A DNA stretch of 64,000 nt from an uncultured Gemmatimonadales bacterium. Lineage in GTDB: Bacteria > Gemmatimonadota > Gemmatimonadetes > Gemmatimonadales > GWC2-71-9. Below, piece by piece: positions 31,115-41,957 of this stretch. A program made the position numbers and the translations under genes. Location of the stretch: NCBI GenBank assembly GCA_963726955.1, contig CAVSEC010000016.1, forward strand, positions 13,683 to 77,682, read 5' to 3'. The notes below the pieces were generated by a model that had not been told where the DNA came from, searched no databases, and saw nothing but the letters and a program-made list of their open reading frames with translations. Within the stretch, counting starts at the first letter, position 1; each line of letters begins with the position of its first letter.

Positions 31115-31262
31115 GTGAAGACGCCCGCCGAGGTGGAGGTGGTCTTCCAGCGGCTCCAGCCTCGAATGGTTGAGCAGGTGTTGCAGGCCGAGCTCACGGA
31201 GCACCTCGGCCACCCGCCCGGGGGGGGCGGGCGACCCCGGGAGGGGCGCCGCCAGCCCGGAC
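31115..31262 (+). mobile_element. remnant of the N-terminus of an IS256/Mutator-family transposase
   Basis: The translation ...RMVEQVLQAELTEHLGH resembles the conserved L-x-AE(L/M)TEHLG segment of IS256-family transposases. Only about 30 codons remain before the PQQ dehydrogenase stop at 31263. Confidence 0.4.
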
Positions 31263-32865
31263 CTACCGCGCTCCCGGCAGCGCAAAGGCCTGCAGCGTCA
31301 TCCCCGCCGCCACCGCGATATACTCCCGGCCATCGACGGCAAAGGCGATCGGATTGGCGTTGAGCTGGGCCCCCATCTGGAAGTGCCAGAGCGGGCGACC
31401 GGTCGTGGCATGCAGCGCGAAGAAGACGCCCTCGTTGCTGCCCCCGAAGACCAGCCCGCCACCGGTCGAGAGCAACCCCGCCCAGGGCGGCGAGTGCAGC
31501 GGGAAGCTCCATCGGGTCGTTCCGGTAAGGGGATCGAGGGCACGCACCGATCCCTGCGCCGAGTCGCCACCGAACTCCGATTCGCCTCCGCCCATGAAGT
31601 AGGTGCCTGGCTTGTAGCTGGCGTCGTACTTGAAGTAGGTCGAGCCCATCTGCCGCGCCGCGACATAGAAGAGACCAGCGCGTGGACTGTAGCTCGGACT
31701 GAACCAGTTGGTGCCGCCGTGCAGATTCGGGGTGAGCACCGTGCCTCGCTCGGTCGGCTCGATGTTCGGCCGCATGATCGGTCGGCCCAGACGATCGAGC
31801 CCCTCGGCCCACCCCTGCCGGATGTACGGCTCCCCTGCCAGGAACTCCCCCGTCACCCGGTCGAGCAGATAGTAGAAGCCGTTCCGGTTGGCCATCGCGA
31901 CGAACTGCCTCGGCTTCCCCTTGAACGCTCCATCGAAGCAGCACCGGGATCTCGGTCGCGTCCCAGTCGTGGGTGTCGTGCGGAGTGAACTGGAAGTACC
32001 AGCGGAGCAGGCCGGTCGCTGCATCGAGCGCCACCAGCGAGCAGGTATACAGATTGTCGCCGGGACGGCTGTCGCCGTTCCAGTCGGGGCCGGGATTGCC
32101 GACGCCCCAGTACACCAGCCCGAGCACGGGATCGTAGCTGCCGGTGACCCAGGTGGAGCCGCCGCCGGTCTTGTACGATTCGCCTCCCCAGCTTTCGACG
32201 CCCGGCTCGCCGGCGGCGGGAATGGTGTAGAAGCGCCAGCGGCGCTCGCCGGTCCGTGCATCGTAGGCATCGAGAAAGCCGCGGATCCCCGCCTCCGCCC
32301 CGCTGATGCCCACCAGCACCAGGTCCCCAAAGGCGAGCGGCGCCGCGGTGATCGAGTAGCCCGCCGCGTTGTCCGCCACCGGCACGCTCCACCGAAGCGC
32401 GCCGGAGCGGGCATCAAGCGCGATCAGACGGGCGTCGGGCGTGCCGACGTAGACGGTGGAATCCAGCACTGCGACGCCCCGGTTGGTGGGGCCGAATCCG
32501 AGGGTAAGGACCTTGGGCGGCAGGGCGAGCTGATAGCGCCAGATCATCCGGCCGGTGCGGGCATCCAGGGCGACGACGTGGCCGCGGAACTCCGTCAGGT
32601 ACATGACTCCATCGACCACCACCGGGCTGGTCTGCAGCATGCCGGGTTCGCCCGCCTGGTAGACCCACGCCGGCCGGAGCGCAGCCACGTTGGCCGGCGT
32701 GATCTGACGGAGGGGCGAGTAGCGCTGGCCGCCGAGATCACCGGAATAGGTGAGCCAGTTGGCCGGTTCGTGGCGGGCGGCCCGGAGCCGGGCGTCGGTG
32801 ACCTGGGCTTCGAGCGAGCATGCAGTCACGGCGATGGTCGCCGCCGCGAGGGCGAACGCTCTCAT
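31263..32865 (-). CDS. PQQ-dependent dehydrogenase (quinoprotein alcohol/glucose dehydrogenase family), one frameshift near 31935
   Basis: ANWLTYSGDLGGQRYSPL, W-motif propeller repeats (VYVGT..RLIALDARSGALRW, LVALDAATGLLRWYFQ) and HDTHDWDATEIPVLL in ORF 30973..32865. It continues as DGAFKGKPRQFVAMANRNGFYYLLDRVTGE... in ORF 31263..32417. Confidence 0.85.
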
Positions 32866-33677
32866 GGCTCCCCCCGCCGGCTCGCCAGATAGGCGATCAG
32901 GTCGTCCAGCTCCTCGGCGCTGAAGCTGCCGGCGTACGACGGCATGGGGCTCCGGCCGGGGAACTTCTCGAGCCGGCGGAGCACCATCTTGTCGAGCGAG
33001 CGGAGCTGCCCGTCGGCCTCACGCACCACGATCACGAAGTCGTCCTCCGTGACCCGGGTCCCGCGGATCACCCGACCGGAGCGGGTGGTCGCCTCCACCG
33101 CGAGGAAGGCGGGATAGGGGCCGTGAGCAGCGGGCAGCGGCGAGACCGGCTGTGCCGCACCGGGATCGAGCAGCGACTGCCGCAGGCCCAGGCCGGAGAG
33201 TCGGAGCCCGACCTCGCTCAGGTCCGGCGCCCAGCCGGCGCCCTGGCCATCGAGGATGTGGCAGCGGGCGCAGTCGCCTTTGCCGGCATAGAGGCCGGCG
33301 CCGCGCAGCGAATCTCCGGGCACGATCTCCCGCGGTCTCCGGCCGAGGGAGCGGACGTAGGCGGCCACCTGGCGCGCCTCGGGTTCCGACAGGTTCCAGA
33401 ATCCGATCATCGCGGTCCCGGGCAGTCCATTCTGGATCACCCCGACCAGCGCCGCGTCGTCAGGCGCGCGGCGCAGCCGCGCATGAGTGAGGGTCGGCCC
33501 CACGCCGCCGGTGCCCTGGACCCCGTGGCAGCGGACGCACTGGCTCTCGAAGACCCGCTCGCCCGCGGCGAGGTCCGCGGCGGAGGGGGGAGTCGCGGCG
33601 GAATCGGCGGGCGCCTGGGCGCGGAGCCGGGTGGCGCCGGCGAGGAGGAGCGCCACCAGCAGTGACAGAGTGCGCAT
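32862..33677 (-). CDS. dihaem c-type cytochrome, exported
   Basis: Two CxxCH motifs (CVRCH, CARCH). Signal MRTLSLLVALLLAGATRLRAQA. ATGA overlap with the PQQ dehydrogenase start. Confidence 0.85.
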   Translation of the reverse strand: MRTLSLLVALLLAGATRLRAQAPADSAATPPSAADLAAGERVFESQCVRCHGVQGTGGVGPTLTHARLRRAPDDAALVGVIQNGLPGTAMIGFWNLSEPEARQVAAYVRSLGRRPREIVPGDSLRGAGLYAGKGDCARCHILDGQGAGWAPDLSEVGLRLSGLGLRQSLLDPGAAQPVSPLPAAHGPYPAFLAVEATTRSGRVIRGTRVTEDDFVIVVREADGQLRSLDKMVLRRLEKFPGRSPMPSYAGSFSAEELDDLIAYLASRRGEP

Positions 33678-33726
33678 TGGAGGGGTGGATAGAGGAAAAG
33701 GAACGGGGAACGTGAGTCTCCACCAG

Positions 33727-33845
33727 GTCATCCCGAGAAGCGGCCGGGCGCGGCTCGGACGGCCCCTCCGCGCGCTCGGCCTTCGCTCTCGAGGCGATCT
33801 GCTCAGACACTTCGCCGCGAAGCCACGCGCGCTCCGGGACCATCC
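33727..33845. repeat. second copy of the GTCATCCCGAG-class palindromic element
   Basis: GTCATCCCGAG at 33727..33737, followed by CTCCGCGCGCTCGGCCTTCGCTCTCGAGGCGATC. Collinear by eye with the reverse complement of 31008..31096. It sits between the IorB-like and cytochrome c genes. Confidence 0.45.
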
Positions 33846-33884
33846 GTCACCGCGCCTCTTTGCCTGCTCACCCCTCTGGCCCCA

Positions 33885-36014
33885 CTACACCACGATCGGC
33901 AGCGTGCGCACCCGCGTGCCCGTCAGCCGCGACACGGCGTTCGCCACCGCGGGCGCGATCGGCGGCAGTCCCGGTTCTCCCGACGCCCTTGGGGCTCTCG
34001 GTGCTCGGCATCAGATGCACCTCGATGACCGGCGCCTCCGGCATCCGTACCACCCGATAGTCGTGGAAGTTGCTCTGCTGGATGCGGCCTCCCTCGACCG
34101 TGATCGCACCGTGGAGCGCGGCACTCAGGCCGAACATCACGCCTCCTTCGATCTGCGCCTTTACGCCATCGGGATTCACCGCCAGGCCGCAGTCCACCGC
34201 GCAGGTGACGCGGTGCACCCGGACTTTGCCGTCGTCGATCGAGACCTCCGCGACTTCGGCCACGATCGTATCGGTCCAGAAACGGTTGAGCGCGATGCCG
34301 CGCGCCCGGCCCGCCGGGAGCGGGGTGCTCCAGCCGGAAGCCTGCTCGGCGAGGTCCAGCACCGCGCGGTGCCGCGGTGACTCCGTGAGCAGCGCGCGCC
34401 GAAAGACGAGCGGATCGGTGCCGGCGAGCTCCGCCAGCTCGTCGATGAAGCACTCGCTGGCAAAGACGGTCTGCGAGGTATAGACCGAGCGCCACCAGCT
34501 CGATGGCACATTGGTCTGCAGCATGCCGTACTCGACCCGGAGATTGGGCACCGCGTAGGCGATGTCCTGGGCGCCCTCGACCGCGTCGCCGTCGAGGCCG
34601 TTCCGCACCGAGCCGGGCCAGCGTTGCTCGGAGATCGACGGCGCGACCACCCGGTGCAGCAGGGCGACGGGGCGACCGGTCCGGTCGAGCCCGCCCTGCA
34701 TCCGGTGCACGCTCGCCGGCCGGAACCAGCCGTGCTGCATGTCGTCCTCCCGGCTCCAGACGAGCTGCACCGGCGTGCTCGGGACGGCCTTGGCGACCTG
34801 CGCCGCTTCGACCACGTAGTCCGGCAGCAGCCGGCGGCCGAAGCCCCCGCCCATCAGCGTCACATGCAACGTCACCTTCTCCACCGGCATCCCGATCGCC
34901 GTGGCAGCTTCGGTGCGCGCCCAATCGGGCCACTGGTTCGGGGCCCAGAGCTCGCAGCCGTCGCCGGTGACCAGCGCAGTGCAGTTCATCGGTTCCATCG
35001 GCGCGTGCGCCAGAAATGGAACTTCGTAGGACACATCGAGGGTCTTCGCCGCGCGGGCAAGCGCCGCGGGGGCATCCCCGTCGTTGCGGGCGAGCGCGCC
35101 GGCCATGAGAGCGCGGTCATGGAGCATGCGGGAGATGCGTTCCGAATCGAGCCGGGTGTGCGCCGCATCCTCCCACTGGCACTCGAGCGCGTTGCGTCCC
35201 TGCATGGCGGCCCAGGTGGTATCCCCGATGACCGCGACCCCGTTCGGGACTTCGACGACATCCATGACTCCGGCGACCGCCCGCGCCCTGGACGCATCGA
35301 AGCCCCGCATCGTACCGCCGATCACCGGGCAGCGGGCGATTACCGCGAAGCGCATCCCCGGAAGCCGGGTGTCGAGGCCGAACTTGGCGCGGCCGGTGAC
35401 TTTGTCAGGCGTGTCGAGGCCGGCGATCGAGCGGCCGATGATGCGATACGCCGCCGTCTCCTTGAGTCGCGGCGACTCGGGGACCACGAGTGCGGCGGCA
35501 GCTGCAGAGAGATCGCCGTAGCCCAGGCGCCGCCCGCTGGCGGCATGCCGCACCGCGCCGCTCTCGGTGCTGCAGTCGGCGGCGGCGACGCCCCAGCGGA
35601 TGGCGGCGGCCGCGACCAGCATCTCGCGGGCCTGCGCGCCGGCGGTGCGGAGCGGCTTCCACATGTCGCTGATGCTCATGCTCCCGCCGGTCACCTGTTC
35701 GCCGTACTTCGGGTCGGCGTCCGCCTGACGAATCCGCACCCTGGACCAGTCGGCGTCGAGCTCTTCGGCGAGGATCATGGGCAGCGCGGTGCGTACCCCC
35801 TGCCCCATCTCCGACTTGCTCACCCACAGCGTGGTCTCTCCGGTAGAGGCAACTTCCACGAACACGTTGGGCGCAAACGTTCCGTCGGCCCGTCGTTCAG
35901 TCGGACCGGTGGGACGACGGGAGGTGAGGCCGCGAAGATCTACCGCCAGCATCAGGCTGCCCGCAGCGGCGCTCTGCGCCAGGAAGTTGCGGCGGGTGAG
36001 AGTCTCGGCAGACA

Positions 36015-36015
<1 letters not shown>
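33885..36015 (-). CDS. molybdopterin-binding large subunit of an aldehyde oxidase/xanthine dehydrogenase-family enzyme (IorB-like), frameshift near 33975
   Basis: Tat signal [40 protein letters not shown] and LMGGGFGRR are present. The C-terminus [31 protein letters not shown] with its stop at 33885 was read by hand in a shifted frame. Confidence 0.9.
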
Positions 36016-36470
<455 letters not shown>

Positions 36471-36562
36471 GGCGTGCTCCGGTGCGGCGACGGCGTTGGG
36501 ATCTGTCGGGGGGAGGGACCGAGCGATTTCAATCTACTCGACGGAGCCGGCGACGGCGAGAG

Positions 36563-37135
36563 CTAGTGCGTCCTGCGCCCATCCGCCGAGGCCGCGATCA
36601 GGGTCTCGAGCCGGCGGAGCCGGGTCTCCTCCTTCTTGGCGCTGACGACCCAGTAGAGCGCCACCTTGCGGTAGGAGGGGGGCTGTGCCTGGAAGAAGGC
36701 CCACGCCTTGCGATTGGATTCCAGCCGCCGCTGATGCGCGGGGTCGAGCACGATGGTGTGCCGCTGCTCGTAGCTGTAGATCCGCGACGTCGCTTCGGAG
36801 CGGCGTCCGAAGGCCTCGAGCCCCGCCGGCTGCATGAGCCCCACGGCCGTCAGCTCCTCCACCCGCCGGATGTTCACCGCGCTCCAGATGCTCCGGGCCC
36901 GGCGCGGGGTGAAGCGAATGCTGTAGCGCTCCTCATCCACCCGCCTCCGCACCCCGTCGATCCACCCGAAGCAGAGCGCCTGGTCCACCGACTCCGGCCA
37001 GGTGATGCTCGGCGTGCCACTGTCTTTCCGGAAGAAGCCGACCAGCAGCTCCGGCACGGTGCGGTGATGCTTCCCGAGCCAGGCGCGAAAGCCGGAGGGG
37101 GTGGGGAAGAAGGTGGGGGCAGCGGGCTTGGGCAT
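36563..37135 (-). CDS. YdeI/OmpD-associated family protein
   Basis: FRAWLGKHH...ELLVGFFRKDSG.PSITWPESVDQALCFGWIDGVRRRVDEERYSIRFTPRR..SIWS..N. The ATG at 37135 was verified. Confidence 0.8.
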   Translation of the reverse strand: MPKPAAPTFFPTPSGFRAWLGKHHRTVPELLVGFFRKDSGTPSITWPESVDQALCFGWIDGVRRRVDEERYSIRFTPRRARSIWSAVNIRRVEELTAVGLMQPAGLEAFGRRSEATSRIYSYEQRHTIVLDPAHQRRLESNRKAWAFFQAQPPSYRKVALYWVVSAKKEETRLRRLETLIAASADGRRTH

Positions 37136-37145
37136 GCGGGGGCGG

Positions 37146-38516
37146 CTAGGGCCTGGCCGGCGGGTCCGCCAGCACCTTCTTGAGTGCAATCCCCAGGCTC
37201 TGCATCTCGATGCCGGTGATGGAATCGTAGAGGGTGTCGGTCTGCTTCGTGGTCCGGTATCGGAGCAGCACCGCGGCACGCTCTCCGGCCCGATTCAAGT
37301 TGATGTCGAAGTCGGTGGCCCTGGCATAGCGGCGCGCGGCGCCGTGGCGAGCGATGACGAGATCGCGGGTCGTGACGATCAGCGCATCCCGAACGCCATC
37401 ACCGTGCCGGGCGAAGAGGTAGGTCACGGTATCGCAATCGGTGAGCAGACCGAGGCTGCGGGCCGAATCGAGGATCGCGGGGGGAATCGCGCTGCCGGTC
37501 GCGTCCAGCGCAGGCGGCTCGCCGGAGAACATCGCCTGCAGGGTACGAATCACAAGGAAGGCAATCACGCCGACCCCGACAACCAGACCCCCCAGCACCA
37601 TCGCGAGCCGAGCGTACCATCGGCGCCGGGTGCGGCGGCTTGCCATCCTGGGCGTGAGGAGCTGTTCTGCGGAGCCGGCGGCGCGCAGCGCGTCGGCCAT
37701 CTCTCGGGCCGACGGCCAGCGGGCCGCCGGATCCTTCGCGAGCGCGCGGGTGATCACTCCCGCCAGGGCGGTGGGGAGGTCGGGCGCCGCGGTGGCGAGG
37801 GGTGCCGGTGCCTGACGGAGCTGGTTCGCCATGACCTGCGCAGATGAGTCGCCGCCCACCGGCGGCGTCCCGGTGGCCACCTCGTAGAGCACCACGCCGA
37901 GCGAATACACGTCCGAGCGTCCGTCGAGACGGTCACCGGCGACCTGTTCGGGGCTCATGTAGTGCGGCGTCCCGCTCGAGACGCCACTCGGCGCCGCGCC
38001 GGAGTGCGCGATGGCCTGCGCGATGCCGAAGTCGTTCACCGCGGCGTGACCGTGCGGATCGAGCAGGATGTTGGCAGGCTTGATGTCGAGGTGGACCACG
38101 CCCTGGGCATGGGCGGCGGCGAGCGCGTCGGAGACCTCCCCGCCAAGGCGTACCAGGTCTGCGGCAGGGAGGGGGCCGGTACGGGCCAGCCGGTCGCTCA
38201 GCGTGCCATCCGGCATGCAGCGCATCACCAGGTACACCAGCCCCTCCCGGGACCCGGCTTCATAGAGCGGGACGATGTGCGGATGCTCGATCGACGCGAC
38301 CAGCCGGGCCTCCGCCAGGAGCTGGTCGGCGGCGGCGGCACTCAGTGAGAGGGCGGGGTCGAAGACCTTGATCGCGACGTCCCGGCCAAGCACCGGATCC
38401 CGGGCGCGGAAGACCGCAGCAAATCCGCCGGTACCGAGCAGTGCCCCGATTTCGAATTGATCGCCGAGGACATCGCGTAGCCGGCGGTGCAGATCTCGAA
38501 CAATCTGATCATCCAT
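37146..38516 (-). CDS. Ser/Thr protein kinase with one TM helix and a C-terminal extracytoplasmic domain
   Basis: The intact 456-aa ORF contains GTGGFAAVFRARD..VAIKV, GVVHLDIKPANILL, DFGIAQ and GTPHYMSPEQ, plus the TM helix LAMVLGGLVVGVGVIAFLVI. Confidence 0.9.
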   Translation of the reverse strand: MDDQIVRDLHRRLRDVLGDQFEIGALLGTGGFAAVFRARDPVLGRDVAIKVFDPALSLSAAAADQLLAEARLVASIEHPHIVPLYEAGSREGLVYLVMRCMPDGTLSDRLARTGPLPAADLVRLGGEVSDALAAAHAQGVVHLDIKPANILLDPHGHAAVNDFGIAQAIAHSGAAPSGVSSGTPHYMSPEQVAGDRLDGRSDVYSLGVVLYEVATGTPPVGGDSSAQVMANQLRQAPAPLATAAPDLPTALAGVITRALAKDPAARWPSAREMADALRAAGSAEQLLTPRMASRRTRRRWYARLAMVLGGLVVGVGVIAFLVIRTLQAMFSGEPPALDATGSAIPPAILDSARSLGLLTDCDTVTYLFARHGDGVRDALIVTTRDLVIARHGAARRYARATDFDINLNRAGERAAVLLRYRTTKQTDTLYDSITGIEMQSLGIALKKVLADPPARP

Positions 38517-38650
38517 GCGCCGATGTTAGCGCATGTCCGGGGGACCCGCCAGCAGCACCGCCGCGATCGCCGCCTGCAGGGTGTACGGCCCGAAGGCGAC
38601 ATGCCGCCCGCTCCTCCGGATGCTCTCGGCAGAGGGGTGGTATTCGCCCA

Positions 38651-39253
<603 letters not shown>

Positions 39254-39299
39254 GGCGCTGCCTGGATGAGAGGTGCCGGGCACGCGATCGATCGCAGCG

Positions 39300-40199
39300 C
39301 TACATGCCGGCGCAGGGATCCTCGCGCGGGGCGGGGGGCGTGATCACCACGATGGCGTAAAGGCGGCGTTCCGCCTGATCGGGGAGCGCGCCATCGGCGC
39401 CGCGCTCCAGGAAGCCGACGGCCAGCACCGACTTGGTCGGCGCGACGGCCCGCAGCAGCCGGGGCACGCCCATGTCGGTCCGCACGTGGCCGTTACCGGC
39501 GATGAGCCACGCCGGACCCTGGGCGCCGGCGGCGAGGAGGGCCGCCGTCATCGAGGCGTCGCGCACCTCCTGGGCGGCACGCATTCCCGCCATCATATTC
39601 GCGGGGAGCTTGCCGCAGTGATCCTCGAAGAGCTCCTTGTCGATCGCGGCCTGCGCCGTGGCATCGAGTGGCGCCTGATTCATCAGCCGGAGGAGCGCGG
39701 GCGGCGAGGCATCGCGGCCGTTGCGCACCACGCTGCGCAGCGTGTCACGCGAGAGTCCGCTGCCCCAGATGGCGCTGTGGCCGGCGACCGCGGCGTCGAT
39801 GACCGGCTGGTGCATCGGCCAGCGCCATCCCTTCCGGTCGAAGCCGTTCCGATCGAGCCAGGGTTCGATCGAATCTGCGGCGGCCGGGAGCGGAATCGGG
39901 GCGCTGCTCTCGGCAAACTGTTCGAAGACGATGCCGGGGTGCCGGGTGCCGGCGACGGTGATCAGGGTGCCCCGGGCCCGATGATCGCGGGCGTTGTCGT
40001 GGTATTCGCCGAGCAGCACGAAGTCCGCCGCGCCGATGCGGCGGAGCAGTTCGGCGTTGCTCAGCGGGGCGCCGGTCGCGCCATCGAGGACGATGGTCGA
40101 ATCGGGGAGTGTCAGGGCGACCGGGGTGGCGGCGGGAGCGGCGTGGCCGCCGCAGGCCGCGAGGATCAGGACGGGGAGGAGCCGGAGGAGAGTTCGCAT
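39300..40199 (-). CDS. ChaN-family (haem-binding uptake, Tiki-like) lipoprotein
   Basis: Lipobox LPVLILAACG. ADFVLLGEYHDNARDH...GIVFEQF resembles the ChaN/Cofac_haem_bdg motif. Confidence 0.7.
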   Translation of the reverse strand: MRTLLRLLPVLILAACGGHAAPAATPVALTLPDSTIVLDGATGAPLSNAELLRRIGAADFVLLGEYHDNARDHRARGTLITVAGTRHPGIVFEQFAESSAPIPLPAAADSIEPWLDRNGFDRKGWRWPMHQPVIDAAVAGHSAIWGSGLSRDTLRSVVRNGRDASPPALLRLMNQAPLDATAQAAIDKELFEDHCGKLPANMMAGMRAAQEVRDASMTAALLAAGAQGPAWLIAGNGHVRTDMGVPRLLRAVAPTKSVLAVGFLERGADGALPDQAERRLYAIVVITPPAPREDPCAGM

Positions 40200-40217
40200 G
40201 GGCGAAAGTAAAGGGCG

Positions 40218-40245
40218 GGGGCGCGCGAGGGAAAGGCGGCGCCCC
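40218..40245 (-). terminator. intrinsic-terminator-like hairpin after the PhzF-family gene
   Basis: On the minus strand, GGGGCGC-N14-GCGCCCC is followed by CGCCCTTTACTTTC. It starts 25 nt after the stop at 40271. Confidence 0.45.
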
Positions 40246-40270
40246 TCCCCTCGAGCGCGGACGCGGCGGC

Positions 40271-41170
40271 CTAGTCGACCGCGATCGTCCCCTCGGTCAC
40301 CAGCACCGACAGGCCGCCGATCCGGGTGGCGACGACCTTGCCATCGCGCTTGTCGGTGCTCGCCTCCAGCACGCTCGGCCGGCCCATCTCCACACCCTGC
40401 GCGATGCGCCAGCGGTAGTGGCCGTCGGCGTCCGGCATGCAGTGGGTGAGCAGCGCGGCGAGGGCGCAGTTGGCGCTGCCGGTCGCGGGGTCCTCGGTGA
40501 TTCCGTCGAGCGGCGCGAACATCCGGGCCCGGAGCGCGAAGTCGTCGTCACTCTTCACATAGAGGTGAATGTCGGGGACGATGCCCAGCGCCACCAGCGC
40601 ATCGATGCCGACGGGGTGGCTGCGGGCCCGCTGCAGGGCGGCGCGATCCCTGAGCTCCGCCACCAGGAACGGCAGTCCGACCGAGACGACGACCGGCAGG
40701 TGGGTGTCGGTCACGACATCCTCCGGCGCGAGGGACACCGCGGCGGCAAGCGCCTCGACGGCGACCCGCTTGCCGATCGAGAGCGACTCCGGCGCCGAGA
40801 GCTCGCACCAGAACTGCTGATCGGGCCGGCGGTGAATGGCCACCGGCACGATTCCCGCCTTTTCCTCGAAGGTGACGGTCACCGTCCCTTCGATCGCGCC
40901 GAGTTCTCCGGTGGACGCCAGCACAAAGGCGGTACCGATGTTGGGGTGCCCGGCAAAGGGCACCTCCGTCGTCGGCGTGAAGATCCGCACCCGCCGCGTG
41001 TGCCCCTGCTCTGCCGGCAGCACGAAGGTCGACTCGGCGAAGTTGAACTCCCGGGCGATCTGCTGCATCTGCCGATCGGAGAGCCCCTGCGCCGCCGGGA
41101 GCACCGCGAGCGGGTTGCCGCCGAAGCGGAATTCGGTGAACACATCGCAGGTGTAGAAGTGGTAGCGCAT
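40271..41170 (-). CDS. PhzF-family isomerase
   Basis: YTCDVFTEFRFGGNPLAV...REFNFAESTFV...FAGHPNIGTA...EDPATGSANCALAALL. The start at 41170 was verified and has a 1-nt overlap with the SDR stop. Confidence 0.9.
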   Translation of the reverse strand: MRYHFYTCDVFTEFRFGGNPLAVLPAAQGLSDRQMQQIAREFNFAESTFVLPAEQGHTRRVRIFTPTTEVPFAGHPNIGTAFVLASTGELGAIEGTVTVTFEEKAGIVPVAIHRRPDQQFWCELSAPESLSIGKRVAVEALAAAVSLAPEDVVTDTHLPVVVSVGLPFLVAELRDRAALQRARSHPVGIDALVALGIVPDIHLYVKSDDDFALRARMFAPLDGITEDPATGSANCALAALLTHCMPDADGHYRWRIAQGVEMGRPSVLEASTDKRDGKVVATRIGGLSVLVTEGTIAVD

Positions 41171-41916
41171 CAGGGATCGACACCGGTGCTGGTGTAGTAG
41201 CCCAGGACCCGATCGCGAGAGCGCTGCCGGGTGTAGATGTCGGGCCGGGGCGAGGCGATGACCCCGGCGATCACCGCGGCGACCTCTTCCGCGCTCTGGC
41301 CATCGGGATTCTGCCGCGAGTCTGGCCCGCCATGCAGCGCATTGACGCCGAAGTCGGTGTGCACCACGCCGGGGGAGACCAGCGTCACGACGATGCCGGG
41401 ATAAGTCTGCTGCACCTCCTCGCGGAAGTTCGCGGTGAGGGCGTTCAGGAAGTGCTTGGCGCCGCCGTACGCCGATCGGATCACCGCGAACGGAATCCGC
41501 CCGAGCATGGAGGAGACGTTGATCACCTGCCCGGCGCTCCGCGCCTTGAAGTGCGGCAGCACCTCCTGCATGCCGTAGAGCGCCGACTTCACGTTGACGC
41601 GCATCATCTCGTCCAGGTCCTCGTCGGTGAGCTCCGAGGGCACCCGGGTGATCCCCTGACCGACGTTGTTGACCCAGACATCGATGCGCCCGAACCGGGC
41701 GATCGACTCCGCGACCACCCGGCGCACCTCGGCGCGCACGGTGACATCGGCCACGATGGGGTGCGCCCGGCCGGCGCAACGCGCGGCGACTGTCTGCAGC
41801 GGCTCCGCCCGCCGCGCCACCAGCACCACCGACGCCCCGGAGCCCGCGAGCAATTCAGCGAGCGCCGCGCCGATGCCGCTGCTCGCGCCCGTGATGACAA
41901 CGACCCGCTCCTGCAT
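41170..41916 (-). CDS. SDR-family oxidoreductase
   Basis: VVVITGASSGIGAALA (TGxxxGxG), NNVG, and S...YGGAKHF (the YxxxK catalytic motif). Confidence 0.9.
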   Translation of the reverse strand: MQERVVVITGASSGIGAALAELLAGSGASVVLVARRAEPLQTVAARCAGRAHPIVADVTVRAEVRRVVAESIARFGRIDVWVNNVGQGITRVPSELTDEDLDEMMRVNVKSALYGMQEVLPHFKARSAGQVINVSSMLGRIPFAVIRSAYGGAKHFLNALTANFREEVQQTYPGIVVTLVSPGVVHTDFGVNALHGGPDSRQNPDGQSAEEVAAVIAGVIASPRPDIYTRQRSRDRVLGYYTSTGVDP

Positions 41917-41957
41917 GGACGTGCTCCGGTGAAATGCCTTCGCCGCCGATGCCGCCG

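Noticed and set aside
30973-31262. C-terminal tail of ORF 30973..32865, which would extend the PQQ dehydrogenase through the intergenic repeat
   Set aside because: After the frameshift near 31935 the true frame ends at 31263 (...AFALPGAR). The tail translates the palindromic element (LGSLAMTACAG pseudo-peptide).
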